Program-made: the position numbers and the translations under genes
Assembly: GCA_039808985.1 (NCBI GenBank)
Contig: JBDHUC010000008.1
Coordinates: 79-64,078, forward strand
DNA length: 64,000 nucleotides
Direction of reading: 5' to 3'
Source of the DNA: Alphaproteobacteria bacterium
Lineage (GTDB): Bacteria; Pseudomonadota; Alphaproteobacteria; Rickettsiales; SXRF01
The notes under the pieces: generated by a model
What the model was told of the DNA's origin: nothing
Seen by the model: only the letters and a program-made list of their open reading frames with translations
Database searches by the model: none
Part shown: positions 41,233 through 50,014 of the stretch, piece by piece
How positions within the stretch are numbered: position 1 is the first letter of the stretch
Layout of the letters: every line of letters starts with the position of its first letter

Positions 41233-41871
41233 ATGGTTTGGAGCAAGGAAGACATGTGCAGACGCGCTGCCAGCGAACTTAAAAACGGGTTTTATGTGAA
41301 TCTTGGCATCGGGATACCGACGCTGGTTGCCAATTACATCCCAACCAATGTTAAAATAACATTGCAAAGCGAGAATGGAATGCTGGGAATGGGCCCATTC
41401 CCTCTTAAAAGCGAAATAGATGCTGATCTGATAAATGCTGGCAAGCAGACCATAACCCAGCTTCCACAGAGCAGCTATTTTGATTCGGCCACTTCTTTTG
41501 GAATGATCCGTGGTGGGCATATTGACGTTGCAATACTTGGCGCCTTGCAGGTTTCACAGCATGGCGACCTTGCCAACTGGATGGTTCCAGGAAAAATGGT
41601 AAAGGGTATGGGAGGCGCCATGGACCTGGTTGCCGGTGTGAAAAAAGTCATCATAATAATGGAGCATAATTCTAAAGACGGCGGGGCAAAGCTTGTAAGA
41701 GAATGCACATTACCTTTAACAGGGAAAAAAGTTGTGCATCAGGTCATAACCGAACTTGGGGAATTCACTATAGATAATGACGGTTTAAAACTTATCGCAA
41801 TAGCCGATGGCGTGACGCTGGATGAGCTTAAGGCTAAAACCGAGGCAGAATTTACTGCCGCTGTGCATTAA
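41233..41871 (+). CDS. scoB: 3-oxoacid CoA-transferase subunit B
   Basis: 212-aa ORF with the catalytic-Glu motif LQSENGMLGMGP and GGAMDLV. Confidence 0.85.
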   Translation: MVWSKEDMCRRAASELKNGFYVNLGIGIPTLVANYIPTNVKITLQSENGMLGMGPFPLKSEIDADLINAGKQTITQLPQSSYFDSATSFGMIRGGHIDVAILGALQVSQHGDLANWMVPGKMVKGMGGAMDLVAGVKKVIIIMEHNSKDGGAKLVRECTLPLTGKKVVHQVITELGEFTIDNDGLKLIAIADGVTLDELKAKTEAEFTAAVH

Positions 41872-41872
41872 G

Positions 41873-43423
41873 CTACCTTGCCCTTGTGGTAGCCATTTTC
41901 TTTAAACCTGAGGTAATATCATCTATCTGCTTGCTTGCAACCCTGCCAACAGCCGACCTTCCGGAGTTGGTTAAATTGCTTACATAACTTTTAATACCGC
42001 CATCGGCAAAGCCGACCCCTAAAGGTGCTGCCACCTGTGATTTTGATATTACACGGGCAATTTGCGGGGTTGCTTTGATAAACTGGAGGAATGTATATCC
42101 TACTACTGTTATTTCCAGGAAATTAAAAACCAGGAACTCGATCAGTATAGGATTATGCAAAGCTACGTTAGGCTCAACAAGCTCTATATTAGGGCCATTT
42201 GGATCGTTCCAGGTTCTTGCTTTCGTGTCAGCCAGTTGTTTTGCGGTTACGCCACCAACACAGGCAATCCCTGAATTGCCGGAATTAAGCAGATCATCAA
42301 TAAAAGTAGCATTTGGTATTATTCCTAGGAAATCCGATGATTTAATACTGCTTGGAGCAGGCGCCGCGACAAAAGGACAGAACATCAACATGTCTGTTTT
42401 CGTTAATACAGACCCCTTATCCTTGGCATCTGTAGTTATAGTCATAATATCGCTAAGCTGCTTGGCAAACACCACAAAATCAGAACTAGCAATCAGCCAT
42501 AAAGAGAAGGCAGAAAAAATAATTAAAGGCTGCAAGGAGAAGGAAACAAGGAAATTAAGCCAGTTATCAAAAAGCATCCTGGTTGAATCAAAAAGCATGA
42601 AACTCAGAAAAACAGGCGAAAGTGCGACCAGGAAAGCTACTGCGGTAATTGACAGCATGAATGTTATAAGCGACCTGATAAAAAGCATTGCTACTGTTGT
42701 TATCAGCCACCATGCCAGCAGGAAAAGCGGCCAGGCGATAAAAAACATGGCAATAACCAGCGCAATAAAAACGGCTTCGTTGTCAAAAAGCCCGGCAATT
42801 GAGGCAACCCCGCTTTGCGTGCCTGTAAGCAACATGTTCAGCCGGTCATCAACCCCTTTAAAGATATTTACAATGGTTTCCCCCTCATTAGGGGCAGTAA
42901 GGCATATTATTGTTTTACAATTGATAGCATTAACAGCCCAGCTTACTGTCTGGATTATAAGGCCAAAGAAAAATCCCAGTATAAGCCCCACCCCCAGAGC
43001 ACCCTGGTTTATAAACAGGGTTATAATGCCGATTTTCATTATAGCCGCAATTCCAGCGCCTGAGTTTGATTTCTGCAAACCAATCATGAGCCTTATGCCA
43101 TATAACGCTATAAAAATAACAATAGCGCCCGTTATTATTTCCAGCAGCCCCACTTGCAGAGCGCAGTAAAATTTGGTGAATATATCATTGATAATGGTAA
43201 AATAATTACAGGCTATGCCGCTGAATATATTTTTTACCGTAATCACGCCGCAAGAGTTCTGGTTGCTGATTTGCTGGCTGTCAAAAAGGGTACCACTGGT
43301 AACAGCGCCTGTTTTCACATCGCAGGTAACCATAGTAAAGGCCGCATATACAGTTTGCGCAGGATACACTGTAAGAAGCAACGCAATCGCCAGAAACCCC
43401 ATAGCTTTGCGCATAGTTTTCAT
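41873..43423 (-). CDS. virB6: type IV secretion system inner-membrane protein, VirB6/TrbL family
   Basis: 516-aa ORF with a signal peptide (FLAIALLLTVYPAQTVYA) and at least 6 hydrophobic helices. Its ATG lies 1 nt after the virB4 stop, indicating translational coupling. Confidence 0.65.
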   Translation of the reverse strand: MKTMRKAMGFLAIALLLTVYPAQTVYAAFTMVTCDVKTGAVTSGTLFDSQQISNQNSCGVITVKNIFSGIACNYFTIINDIFTKFYCALQVGLLEIITGAIVIFIALYGIRLMIGLQKSNSGAGIAAIMKIGIITLFINQGALGVGLILGFFFGLIIQTVSWAVNAINCKTIICLTAPNEGETIVNIFKGVDDRLNMLLTGTQSGVASIAGLFDNEAVFIALVIAMFFIAWPLFLLAWWLITTVAMLFIRSLITFMLSITAVAFLVALSPVFLSFMLFDSTRMLFDNWLNFLVSFSLQPLIIFSAFSLWLIASSDFVVFAKQLSDIMTITTDAKDKGSVLTKTDMLMFCPFVAAPAPSSIKSSDFLGIIPNATFIDDLLNSGNSGIACVGGVTAKQLADTKARTWNDPNGPNIELVEPNVALHNPILIEFLVFNFLEITVVGYTFLQFIKATPQIARVISKSQVAAPLGVGFADGGIKSYVSNLTNSGRSAVGRVASKQIDDITSGLKKMATTRAR

Positions 43424-43424
43424 A

Positions 43425-45890
43425 TCAATAATCCTTTGGCAAACCAGAAAACCGTCCGCGTGCGGAAATAAGTGCCTTTACATCATTAGAGAAAATAGCC
43501 AGCACGTCTTCAGCTTCTTTTAAAAAGACATTAAGCGCGATGCTTTCACCATTCTGCTTAAGCAGGAAATCGCCCTTCTGCCTGTTCATATTAGAGAGCA
43601 TGAAAGAATCTTTTTCATTAAGGCCAAGCCCCTTGGATTGATATGGGACCGGCATTTCATCCGGAACATAAATCCTGGTGGAAACTTGCGCTGTAACCGC
43701 AGCAAGGGTAGCAGTTTCGCCACAATTAGAGACCTGGCTGGTCGTGAATATAACCATCACATTTTTCTGCCTTAGCATTTCCAGCAGGCTTTCAAGGCGC
43801 GGCGCGAAAAAGCCATTTTCCAGTAAATCCCAGGCCTCATTAATAACTATGATGGTGGGTTTGCCATCAATAGTGTCGATTACCCTATGCATAAGATATG
43901 AGAATAAAGGCAGCATATACGCCTGTTTTGCCAGAGCTGACGTCATATCGAAGCCTATAATATCAGCTCCCATATCAAGAGAGTCCTGCGTAAAATCAAA
44001 GAGCTTGGAATACACTCCCTGCCCTACCCAGCGCTCCAGAGATTCAGCAAGCGTGGTATCTTTCTGGGTTACCAAAGCTACCATATTTGGCAAATTACGC
44101 TCGGAAGGGGGCATTGAATAAACCTGTTCCACAGCGCTACGCAATATCTCACGAGCCCTATCATCAAGCACAACATCAGGGGAAATAAGCAAGCTGCACC
44201 ATGCGGCAAGGAAAGACATATTGTAGGCAGAAGCTTCAAGGGAAAAAGGATTCAGGGCAAGGCGCGGGGAACGGTCAACCGCTAAATCAGAATTCGCTTT
44301 TTCAAGCTGGCTCATGGGGAAATATTTGCCGCCCATTTTGTTTAAGAGCAGCCTTGCTGAATGGTTGCGGTCAAAAACAAACATACGCGTACCAAACTTA
44401 CGGGTTTGGGTAAGAAGGAAATATTCAAGCACCTTCCCGACCCTGTCTTCAAAAGAGTTGAAATCGAAAATTACCGTATGGCCATTATCCTGGACATGAA
44501 AATTAAAAAAATATGGCGAACCAACGCTGGTTGGCAATATTGAAAGATAGCTTCCCCAATGATTACCCGCCGCGCTGCCTGTATGATAGCGGTTGAAACG
44601 GCAAAAACCTGCCACCAGCTCCGTAGGCAATATCGCACGGCGGCGCGCAAATTCAAAATTACCCGGAAGCTGCGCCCAGAAACATTCTTCCATAAATATT
44701 TCTTCGCGTACAGTAATTAATCCAAGCCTGGCGAATAAATCCAGGAACTTACCAACCTCCCCATCAAGCTTTTTCAAATCGCTTACCATAACCATTACGC
44801 TGGTCTGGTGTTCGCCAAAATCCACACGTTTCCCGCGGTCATAACTTAATGCCTGGTTTATACCGAAGCTGTCATTAGCCTTTATATCACCACTCATGCC
44901 AAATAAGGCCTTCTGCTCTTTAGCGTATTTAAGCGCTTTATCCGTTGGTATGAAAGAAAAGCTCTGGCTCACAACCAGCTCTATTGGCGCCTGTAGCACG
45001 CAATCAACCGCATCAACCGGCATATCTATATATTGTTTTATACTAAGCATCGCCGCAAAACGGCGATCGCCAATCTCCCTGCTGCGCGCCTCTATGGCAT
45101 TAAAGCCAAAAGTCAGCGCTGATGTCTGCAAGGCAACGCTTAAATCAAGGTCAGGCAAAGGGAAGGATTCCGAACGCAAATTTATTATCTTGCCCAGGAA
45201 TTCCATTATTTCGGAATAAAATATAGGCTGGCGCACTGCTTTTCCGGCAGTAGGCATAACCCTTTCCGCGAGGGTAAGCCTTCTTGCGTTGCACTGGCTT
45301 TTTACGCCGTCTAGAACCGAGAGGACAAAACTATCAAGAAATTCATAAGAAGCATCAAGATATTTATTACAAAACCGGCTATTTGCCTTGGGAAATGCAA
45401 ATGATTTTATCTTTTTTAAATCCAAAAGCTGGATGGCCTGACCTTCATATAATATAGTGATATATACATCGTTCCTGAATAAATCATTCCAGCTATTTTC
45501 TTTTTTCCATTGGGAATTAACATAATCGGCAAATTCACCAGGTAATTTTGCGTTTCCCGAAGACTCATCGGGAAATGAAGATACCATAGGGTTGCGCCTG
45601 CGAATAGTGTGCAGCCAGAAGGAAATTTTTTCGGTTACGTCATTTTGTATTATTACCTGGCGGATAGTAGCGCAAAGCGAAGCGTGTATACCATCAAGGT
45701 TTTCACATAAACCGCCACGGAAGTTTCCCTCCACCTTGATAACCTGCATCAGCTCGCCATTTTTAGTTATAACCGTATGTGGGTTATAGTGGCTATGGTA
45801 AGGTATGAACTCAGACCTGTCATCAATGGCAGAGCTGCCAGCAGCAGTTTTTTTCCTGTTTGTCGCCGATGCTTTACCTGATGATGCCAT
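43425..45890 (-). CDS. virB4: type IV secretion ATPase VirB4/TrbE
   Basis: 821-aa ORF with a VirB4-type N-terminus (EFIPYHSHYNPHTVITKNGELMQVIKVEG). The nucleotide-binding C-domain has a Walker-B-like IIVINEAWDLL. Confidence 0.88.
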   Translation of the reverse strand: MASSGKASATNRKKTAAGSSAIDDRSEFIPYHSHYNPHTVITKNGELMQVIKVEGNFRGGLCENLDGIHASLCATIRQVIIQNDVTEKISFWLHTIRRRNPMVSSFPDESSGNAKLPGEFADYVNSQWKKENSWNDLFRNDVYITILYEGQAIQLLDLKKIKSFAFPKANSRFCNKYLDASYEFLDSFVLSVLDGVKSQCNARRLTLAERVMPTAGKAVRQPIFYSEIMEFLGKIINLRSESFPLPDLDLSVALQTSALTFGFNAIEARSREIGDRRFAAMLSIKQYIDMPVDAVDCVLQAPIELVVSQSFSFIPTDKALKYAKEQKALFGMSGDIKANDSFGINQALSYDRGKRVDFGEHQTSVMVMVSDLKKLDGEVGKFLDLFARLGLITVREEIFMEECFWAQLPGNFEFARRRAILPTELVAGFCRFNRYHTGSAAGNHWGSYLSILPTSVGSPYFFNFHVQDNGHTVIFDFNSFEDRVGKVLEYFLLTQTRKFGTRMFVFDRNHSARLLLNKMGGKYFPMSQLEKANSDLAVDRSPRLALNPFSLEASAYNMSFLAAWCSLLISPDVVLDDRAREILRSAVEQVYSMPPSERNLPNMVALVTQKDTTLAESLERWVGQGVYSKLFDFTQDSLDMGADIIGFDMTSALAKQAYMLPLFSYLMHRVIDTIDGKPTIIVINEAWDLLENGFFAPRLESLLEMLRQKNVMVIFTTSQVSNCGETATLAAVTAQVSTRIYVPDEMPVPYQSKGLGLNEKDSFMLSNMNRQKGDFLLKQNGESIALNVFLKEAEDVLAIFSNDVKALISARGRFSGLPKDY

Positions 45891-45951
45891 GCTTATTCCA
45901 ATGCGAAACCAAATAAGGGGTTACATTTAATTTTTAAATTAATATTATAAA

Positions 45952-46362
45952 TTAACGCATGCAACCAGCAAGTGATATAGGAGTGCTTAGTGTCGAAAAA
46001 GGTGACGCTGCGCTCGCGGCTATTACAGACAAAATAGATGCCGCATTCACTGTAAGGCTAATCATAAGCCACGGGGCACCAACCATGATGCCGATACCGG
46101 TACAGATAGTCAGAGCCTGCGCCCAGGTGGCTTTTCCAAGCAGCGCCGAAATGCCAAGCGATACGATAGCAAGTGTTGCAATGCCACGGCCCACATCAAG
46201 GAATATCATTGATGCAACGCTGCATAATACATCCGCAATCGGGGTAGCATAAGCATGGCCGCATAACAGCAAATACATGCCCATGGCAACCAACAGCAAT
46301 AAAGCATGGCGCTTAACTTCGCCAAAATCAAATGATATTGCTATAACTCCCTGTTTTTTCAT
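45952..46362 (-). CDS. virB2: VirB2/TrbC-family T4SS pilin-like protein
   Basis: 136-aa ORF with a long leader ending HAYA. Two hydrophobic helices flank the GKATW motif (IATLAIVSLGISALLGKATWAQALTICTGIGIMVGAPWL). It lies 61 nt upstream of virB4. Confidence 0.55.
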   Translation of the reverse strand: MKKQGVIAISFDFGEVKRHALLLLVAMGMYLLLCGHAYATPIADVLCSVASMIFLDVGRGIATLAIVSLGISALLGKATWAQALTICTGIGIMVGAPWLMISLTVNAASILSVIAASAASPFSTLSTPISLAGCMR

Positions 46363-46482
46363 ATTAATTACTCCATATGGCGTTATTATTTATTGTATAA
46401 ATTTTTAAAAATCAGTTTAAATATTTAGTTATCTTAAGAAGCATTTGTTGTTTTATGCTAGGGTAAGCCTAACATAAATATG

Positions 46483-46503
46483 TGACAGTTTTTTGACAGT
46501 TTT
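46483..46503. promoter_or_regulatory. phased direct repeat in the AT-rich region upstream of virB2
   Basis: TGACAGTTTT (46483-46492) and TGACAGTTTC (46494-46503) have an 11-nt period. TGTAAT-N4-TGTAAT follows. The repeats lie 120-140 nt upstream of the virB2 ATG. Confidence 0.25.
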
Positions 46504-46729
46504 CATTTTTATTGTAATTTACTGTAATATGAGCGAATTCCTTAAGCTATAATAGTAAACATCAATACTTAATAAAGTTTAAATAAAAACAGCCATATTG
46601 TCCAGCATTGCTTTAAAAGCCGTAAAAACCACCAGGCAAATACCGTTTGCAATAAAATTGGCTGTAGGGTAAACGCTGGTAAAGCCAAATAATACAACCC
46701 ATAAGCCAACCAATAAGAAGGGATAATTT

Positions 46730-47194
46730 ATGAACGCAATTGAGCAGAAAATCTCATCAATGGGCATTACCCTGCCTGCATCTGTCATGCCTGCTGCTAA
46801 TTATGTGCCATATACAATAAGCGGCAATTTAGTGTTTGTTTCCGGCACTTTACCTATGAAGGACGGCAAGCCGCAGGATATTGGCAAGCTTGGCAAGGAA
46901 TTTACCATAGAGCAAGGCCAGGCGACTGCCAGGCTGTGCGGCATCAATATACTTGCCCATCTGAAGGCTGCCTGTGGTGGTGATTTAAGCAGGGTTGTAC
47001 GCTGCGTGCGCATGGGTATTTTCGTTGGTTCCGCAAACGGGTTCACCGACCAGCCTAAAGTCGCAAACGGCGTATCTGACATGATGGTGGAAATCTTCGG
47101 CGATGCTGGAAAACACGCGCGCTTTGCGGTTGGGGTAAGCGAGCTTCCTTTTGGCTGCGCAGTCGAGGTTGACGCTACTTTTGAGATTAAATAA
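46730..47194 (+). CDS. RidA/YjgF-family protein
   Basis: 154-aa ORF with the YjgF-like pattern [30 protein letters not shown] and a C-terminal [16 protein letters not shown]. Confidence 0.75.
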   Translation: MNAIEQKISSMGITLPASVMPAANYVPYTISGNLVFVSGTLPMKDGKPQDIGKLGKEFTIEQGQATARLCGINILAHLKAACGGDLSRVVRCVRMGIFVGSANGFTDQPKVANGVSDMMVEIFGDAGKHARFAVGVSELPFGCAVEVDATFEIK

Positions 47195-47966
47195 CACCCT
47201 CAACAGGTGAACTGGGGCTGGCATTTTCCTGTTTCGCCATCCTTCCGGCAAGGAAAGCCTGCCTGCCTGCTTCCACCGCGCCTTTCATGGCCTTTGCCAT
47301 AAGAACCGGATTACCGGCTGAGGATAGTGCCGTATTAAGCAATACGCCAGCACAGCCAAGTTCCATGGCAATACAGGCATCCGAAGCTGTGCCGATACCG
47401 GCATCCACCAGCACTGGAACTTTCAGGCTTTTTATTATAAAGCGGATATTAAGAGGGTTTAAAATGCCAAGCCCCGAGCCGATTGGCGCAGCTAAAGGCA
47501 TTACCGCGCAGCAACCGGCATCTTCAAGTTTTTTGGCGGCAACCAGATCATCACTGGTGTAGGCCATTACCTGGAACCCTTCTTTTACCAGTATCCTTGC
47601 GGCTTTTATGGTTTCTTCCGTATCTGGGTACAAGCTGTTTTTATCACCTATAACTTCCAGCTTTACCAGATCCCACCCGCCAAGCTCACGCGCAAGCCGC
47701 AAAGTCCTTACCGCCTCATCGGCTGTATAGCAACCGGCACTATTGGGCAGATATGTATATATCGAGGGCGGAAGCGCCTGCATCAACCCGCCGCCCCCGT
47801 TTTGCGACAAATCAATGCGGCGCAGGGCAACTGTTATTATTTCAGCTCCACTGGCCTGTATAACCTCTTTGGTTTGCTCAATATCCGCGTATTTTCCAGT
47901 TCCAACCAAAAGCCGCGAGCCGAAGCTACGACCGGCTACAATAAATTGGTCATTGTCAGACTGCAT
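47187..47966 (-). CDS. thiG: thiazole synthase
   Basis: 259-aa ORF with [10 protein letters not shown], the TIM-barrel motif KLEVIGD and [11 protein letters not shown]. Confidence 0.95.
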   Translation of the reverse strand: MQSDNDQFIVAGRSFGSRLLVGTGKYADIEQTKEVIQASGAEIITVALRRIDLSQNGGGGLMQALPPSIYTYLPNSAGCYTADEAVRTLRLARELGGWDLVKLEVIGDKNSLYPDTEETIKAARILVKEGFQVMAYTSDDLVAAKKLEDAGCCAVMPLAAPIGSGLGILNPLNIRFIIKSLKVPVLVDAGIGTASDACIAMELGCAGVLLNTALSSAGNPVLMAKAMKGAVEAGRQAFLAGRMAKQENASPSSPVEGVI

Positions 47967-48166
47967 CAGCCGCCCCCGATAAAAGTTACTATTTCAACCA
48001 GGTCGCCTTCATTTAATACAGATTTGCCATAAAGCGAGCGCGGCACAATCTCACGGTTGCGCTCAACCGCCACCTGTGTCTGTGCGACATTCAGGGTTTG
48101 CGCCAGGTTTTCAATAGTAGTCCCCTGCTCTACCATGTGGATTTTGCCGTTAAGTGTGATTTGCAT
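47966..48166 (-). CDS. thiS: sulfur-carrier protein ThiS
   Basis: 66-aa ORF ending in GG (TFIGGG). Its stop overlaps the thiG ATG by 1 nt. Confidence 0.85.
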   Translation of the reverse strand: MQITLNGKIHMVEQGTTIENLAQTLNVAQTQVAVERNREIVPRSLYGKSVLNEGDLVEIVTFIGGG

Positions 48167-48169
48167 ATG

Positions 48170-48186
48170 TAATAATCAGATTATTA
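48170..48186. promoter_or_regulatory. palindrome in the thiS/aroQ divergent intergenic region
   Basis: TAATAATC-A-GATTATTA lies 4 nt from the thiS ATG. It is nested inside a wider inverted pair, AGATGACT (48186-48193) and AGTCATCT (48243-48250). Two further ATAATC copies occur at about 48228-48240. Confidence 0.3.
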
Positions 48187-48251
48187 GATGACTGAATAAA
48201 TGGGGTATGTTAATCCTTTATTATCTAATAATCAAATAATCTAGTCATCTT

Positions 48252-48695
48252 ATGCAGCGCATCCTAATCATCAATGGCCCCAACTTAAACATGCTTGGTT
48301 CACGCGAACCAGAGATTTATGGCAATGAAACATTGCCCGATATTGAAGCAAAATGCAAAACTCATGCAAAAAAGCTTGGGCTGGAGATAGATTTTATACA
48401 GTCAAATATTGAAGGAGAACTGGTAACTGCCATTCAGGGCGCGGCAAAATCCCATCAGGGCATTCTTATAAATGCCGGGGCTTATACCCACACTTCCATT
48501 GCTATAATGGACGCTTTGCTCTTGCTTAAAATCCCGGTTATTGAGGTGCATCTTTCCAATATTTTCAAGCGCGAGCCATTCCGGCACGAATCGTTTATTT
48601 CCAAGGCCGCAAAGGGCGTTATCTGCGGCTTTGGCAGCGATAGTTACGTGCTGGCGCTGGAAGCCGTGGCAAAACTGGTGAAAAGCGGGAAATAG
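48252..48695 (+). CDS. aroQ: type II 3-dehydroquinate dehydratase
   Basis: 147-aa ORF with [27 protein letters not shown] and EVHLSN. Confidence 0.95.
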   Translation: MQRILIINGPNLNMLGSREPEIYGNETLPDIEAKCKTHAKKLGLEIDFIQSNIEGELVTAIQGAAKSHQGILINAGAYTHTSIAIMDALLLLKIPVIEVHLSNIFKREPFRHESFISKAAKGVICGFGSDSYVLALEAVAKLVKSGK

Positions 48696-48697
48696 CC

Positions 48698-49387
48698 ATG
48701 TGGCGCATCGGACATCGCGGTGCTGGCGGCAACCTACCGGAAAACACCCTTATATCAATGCGCAGGGCACTGGAATTAAACCTTGACGGGTTTGAATTTG
48801 ATATTCAGTTAAGCAAGGATAACATCCCGGTTGTTATACATGACGATACGCTTGAGCGCACCACAAATGGCAAAGGGCTGGTCAGCGATTTTACGTTTGC
48901 CGAGTTGCAGAAACTCGATGCAGGAGGCATTGGATTTCCGGGTGAAAAAATCCCTTCACTTATGGATGTTATAGAGCTTATTGATAATAAATGCCGTTTG
49001 TTCATAGAACTTAAGGCAGAGAATTCGGAAAAGCCGGTTGCAGAAATTATTACTCATGCGGTGAATAACCTTGGCTGGGATTATGAGCATTTTTACATAT
49101 GCTCTTTTAACCATAACCAGATAAAATTCATTAGCGGCCTTATACCACAGATAAAGACCTGCGCCCTTCTGGTTGGAATCCCGGTAAGCCTGGCGCAAAT
49201 CGCGGCTGAAGCCGGGGCGTGGTCACTAAACCCTGCAATCGACCATGTAACCAGGGAATTCATAGACGATGCGCATAAGCGCGGACTTAAAGTTCTGGCA
49301 TGGACAGCGGACAGTCCCGAACAGATCGAACGCGCAAATGCTCTTGGCATAGATGGCCTGTTCAGTAATTTTCCAGACAGGCTTTAA
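48698..49387 (+). CDS. glycerophosphodiester phosphodiesterase family protein
   Basis: 229-aa ORF with HRGAGGNLPENT, EFDIQLSKDNIPVVIHD and the ERTTNG motif. Confidence 0.8.
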   Translation: MWRIGHRGAGGNLPENTLISMRRALELNLDGFEFDIQLSKDNIPVVIHDDTLERTTNGKGLVSDFTFAELQKLDAGGIGFPGEKIPSLMDVIELIDNKCRLFIELKAENSEKPVAEIITHAVNNLGWDYEHFYICSFNHNQIKFISGLIPQIKTCALLVGIPVSLAQIAAEAGAWSLNPAIDHVTREFIDDAHKRGLKVLAWTADSPEQIERANALGIDGLFSNFPDRL

Positions 49388-50011
49388 ATGAGAGGTAGTG
49401 GGCAGGAAGTTACGTGGGAGCTTCTCCTTGCCGCCTATGCACAGGGCTACTTCCCCATGGCCGCAAGCAGGGGCAGCAAGGGGCTGGAATGGTTCTATCC
49501 TGAGATGCGCGGGGTGTTGCCGCTTGATAAATTTCATATACCTAAAAGCCTTGTGAAATTCATGCGTAAATCACCTTTTAAAATTACAACTGACAAGGCC
49601 TTCGAGCAGGTAATCAGGGCTTGCGCTGATAACACCAGAGGCCGGGAAAGCACGTGGATAAATGATGAAATAATAGATCTATACTGCCAGCTACATACAA
49701 ACGGCTTTGCGCATAGCGTAGAATGCTGGCAGGAATCAGGTGATGGCACAATGGTAATGGCTGGCGGCTTGTACGGGGTTGCCATAGCCGGTGCTTTCTT
49801 CGGGGAAAGCATGTTTTCAAGAAGCAGTAACGCAAGCAAAGTTGCGCTGGTGCATCTGGTAGGGCTGCTTAAGAAGCATGGCTATGAATTATTAGATGCG
49901 CAGTTTACCAACGAGCATTTAATACAGTTTGGCATAGAGGAAATACCTCGCGCCATCTACCTTGGCAAACTCAAGCACGCCCTTACCATAAAACCACAGG
50001 AATGTTTTTAA
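49388..50011 (+). CDS. aat: leucyl/phenylalanyl-tRNA--protein transferase
   Basis: 207-aa ORF with AYAQGYFPMA, GGLYGVAIAGAFFGESMFS and the C-terminal pattern DAQ..NEHL..FG. Confidence 0.9.
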   Translation: MRGSGQEVTWELLLAAYAQGYFPMAASRGSKGLEWFYPEMRGVLPLDKFHIPKSLVKFMRKSPFKITTDKAFEQVIRACADNTRGRESTWINDEIIDLYCQLHTNGFAHSVECWQESGDGTMVMAGGLYGVAIAGAFFGESMFSRSSNASKVALVHLVGLLKKHGYELLDAQFTNEHLIQFGIEEIPRAIYLGKLKHALTIKPQECF

Positions 50012-50014
50012 AAA

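Noticed and set aside
40515-41520. Minus-strand ORFs of 119 and 201 aa opposite scoA/scoB.
   Set aside because: The plus-strand frames carry the CoA-transferase motifs (SENG). The antisense products have no features.
42075-43169. 364-aa plus-strand ORF opposite the virB6-like gene.
   Set aside because: It has no recognisable motifs. The minus-strand product has a signal peptide and multiple TM helices, and its start is coupled 1 nt after the virB4 stop.
43425-45890. Possible VirB3-VirB4 fusion explaining the missing virB3.
   Set aside because: The N-terminus is soluble and aligns from about residue 25 with the usual VirB4 start (IPY...G.L...I...G). There are no N-terminal TM helices.
46579-46788. 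69-aa two-helix ORF upstream of virB2, possibly a small T4SS membrane component.
   Set aside because: Its start codon options overlap the well-supported divergent ridA start by 38-59 nt, and it has no VirB3-like motif. I kept it only as a note within a finding.
48167-48251. Expected TPP riboswitch upstream of thiS.
   Set aside because: The spacer is only 85 nt, and I could not find the conserved CUGAGA box or the pairing partners on the minus strand. A covariance-model scan should confirm this.
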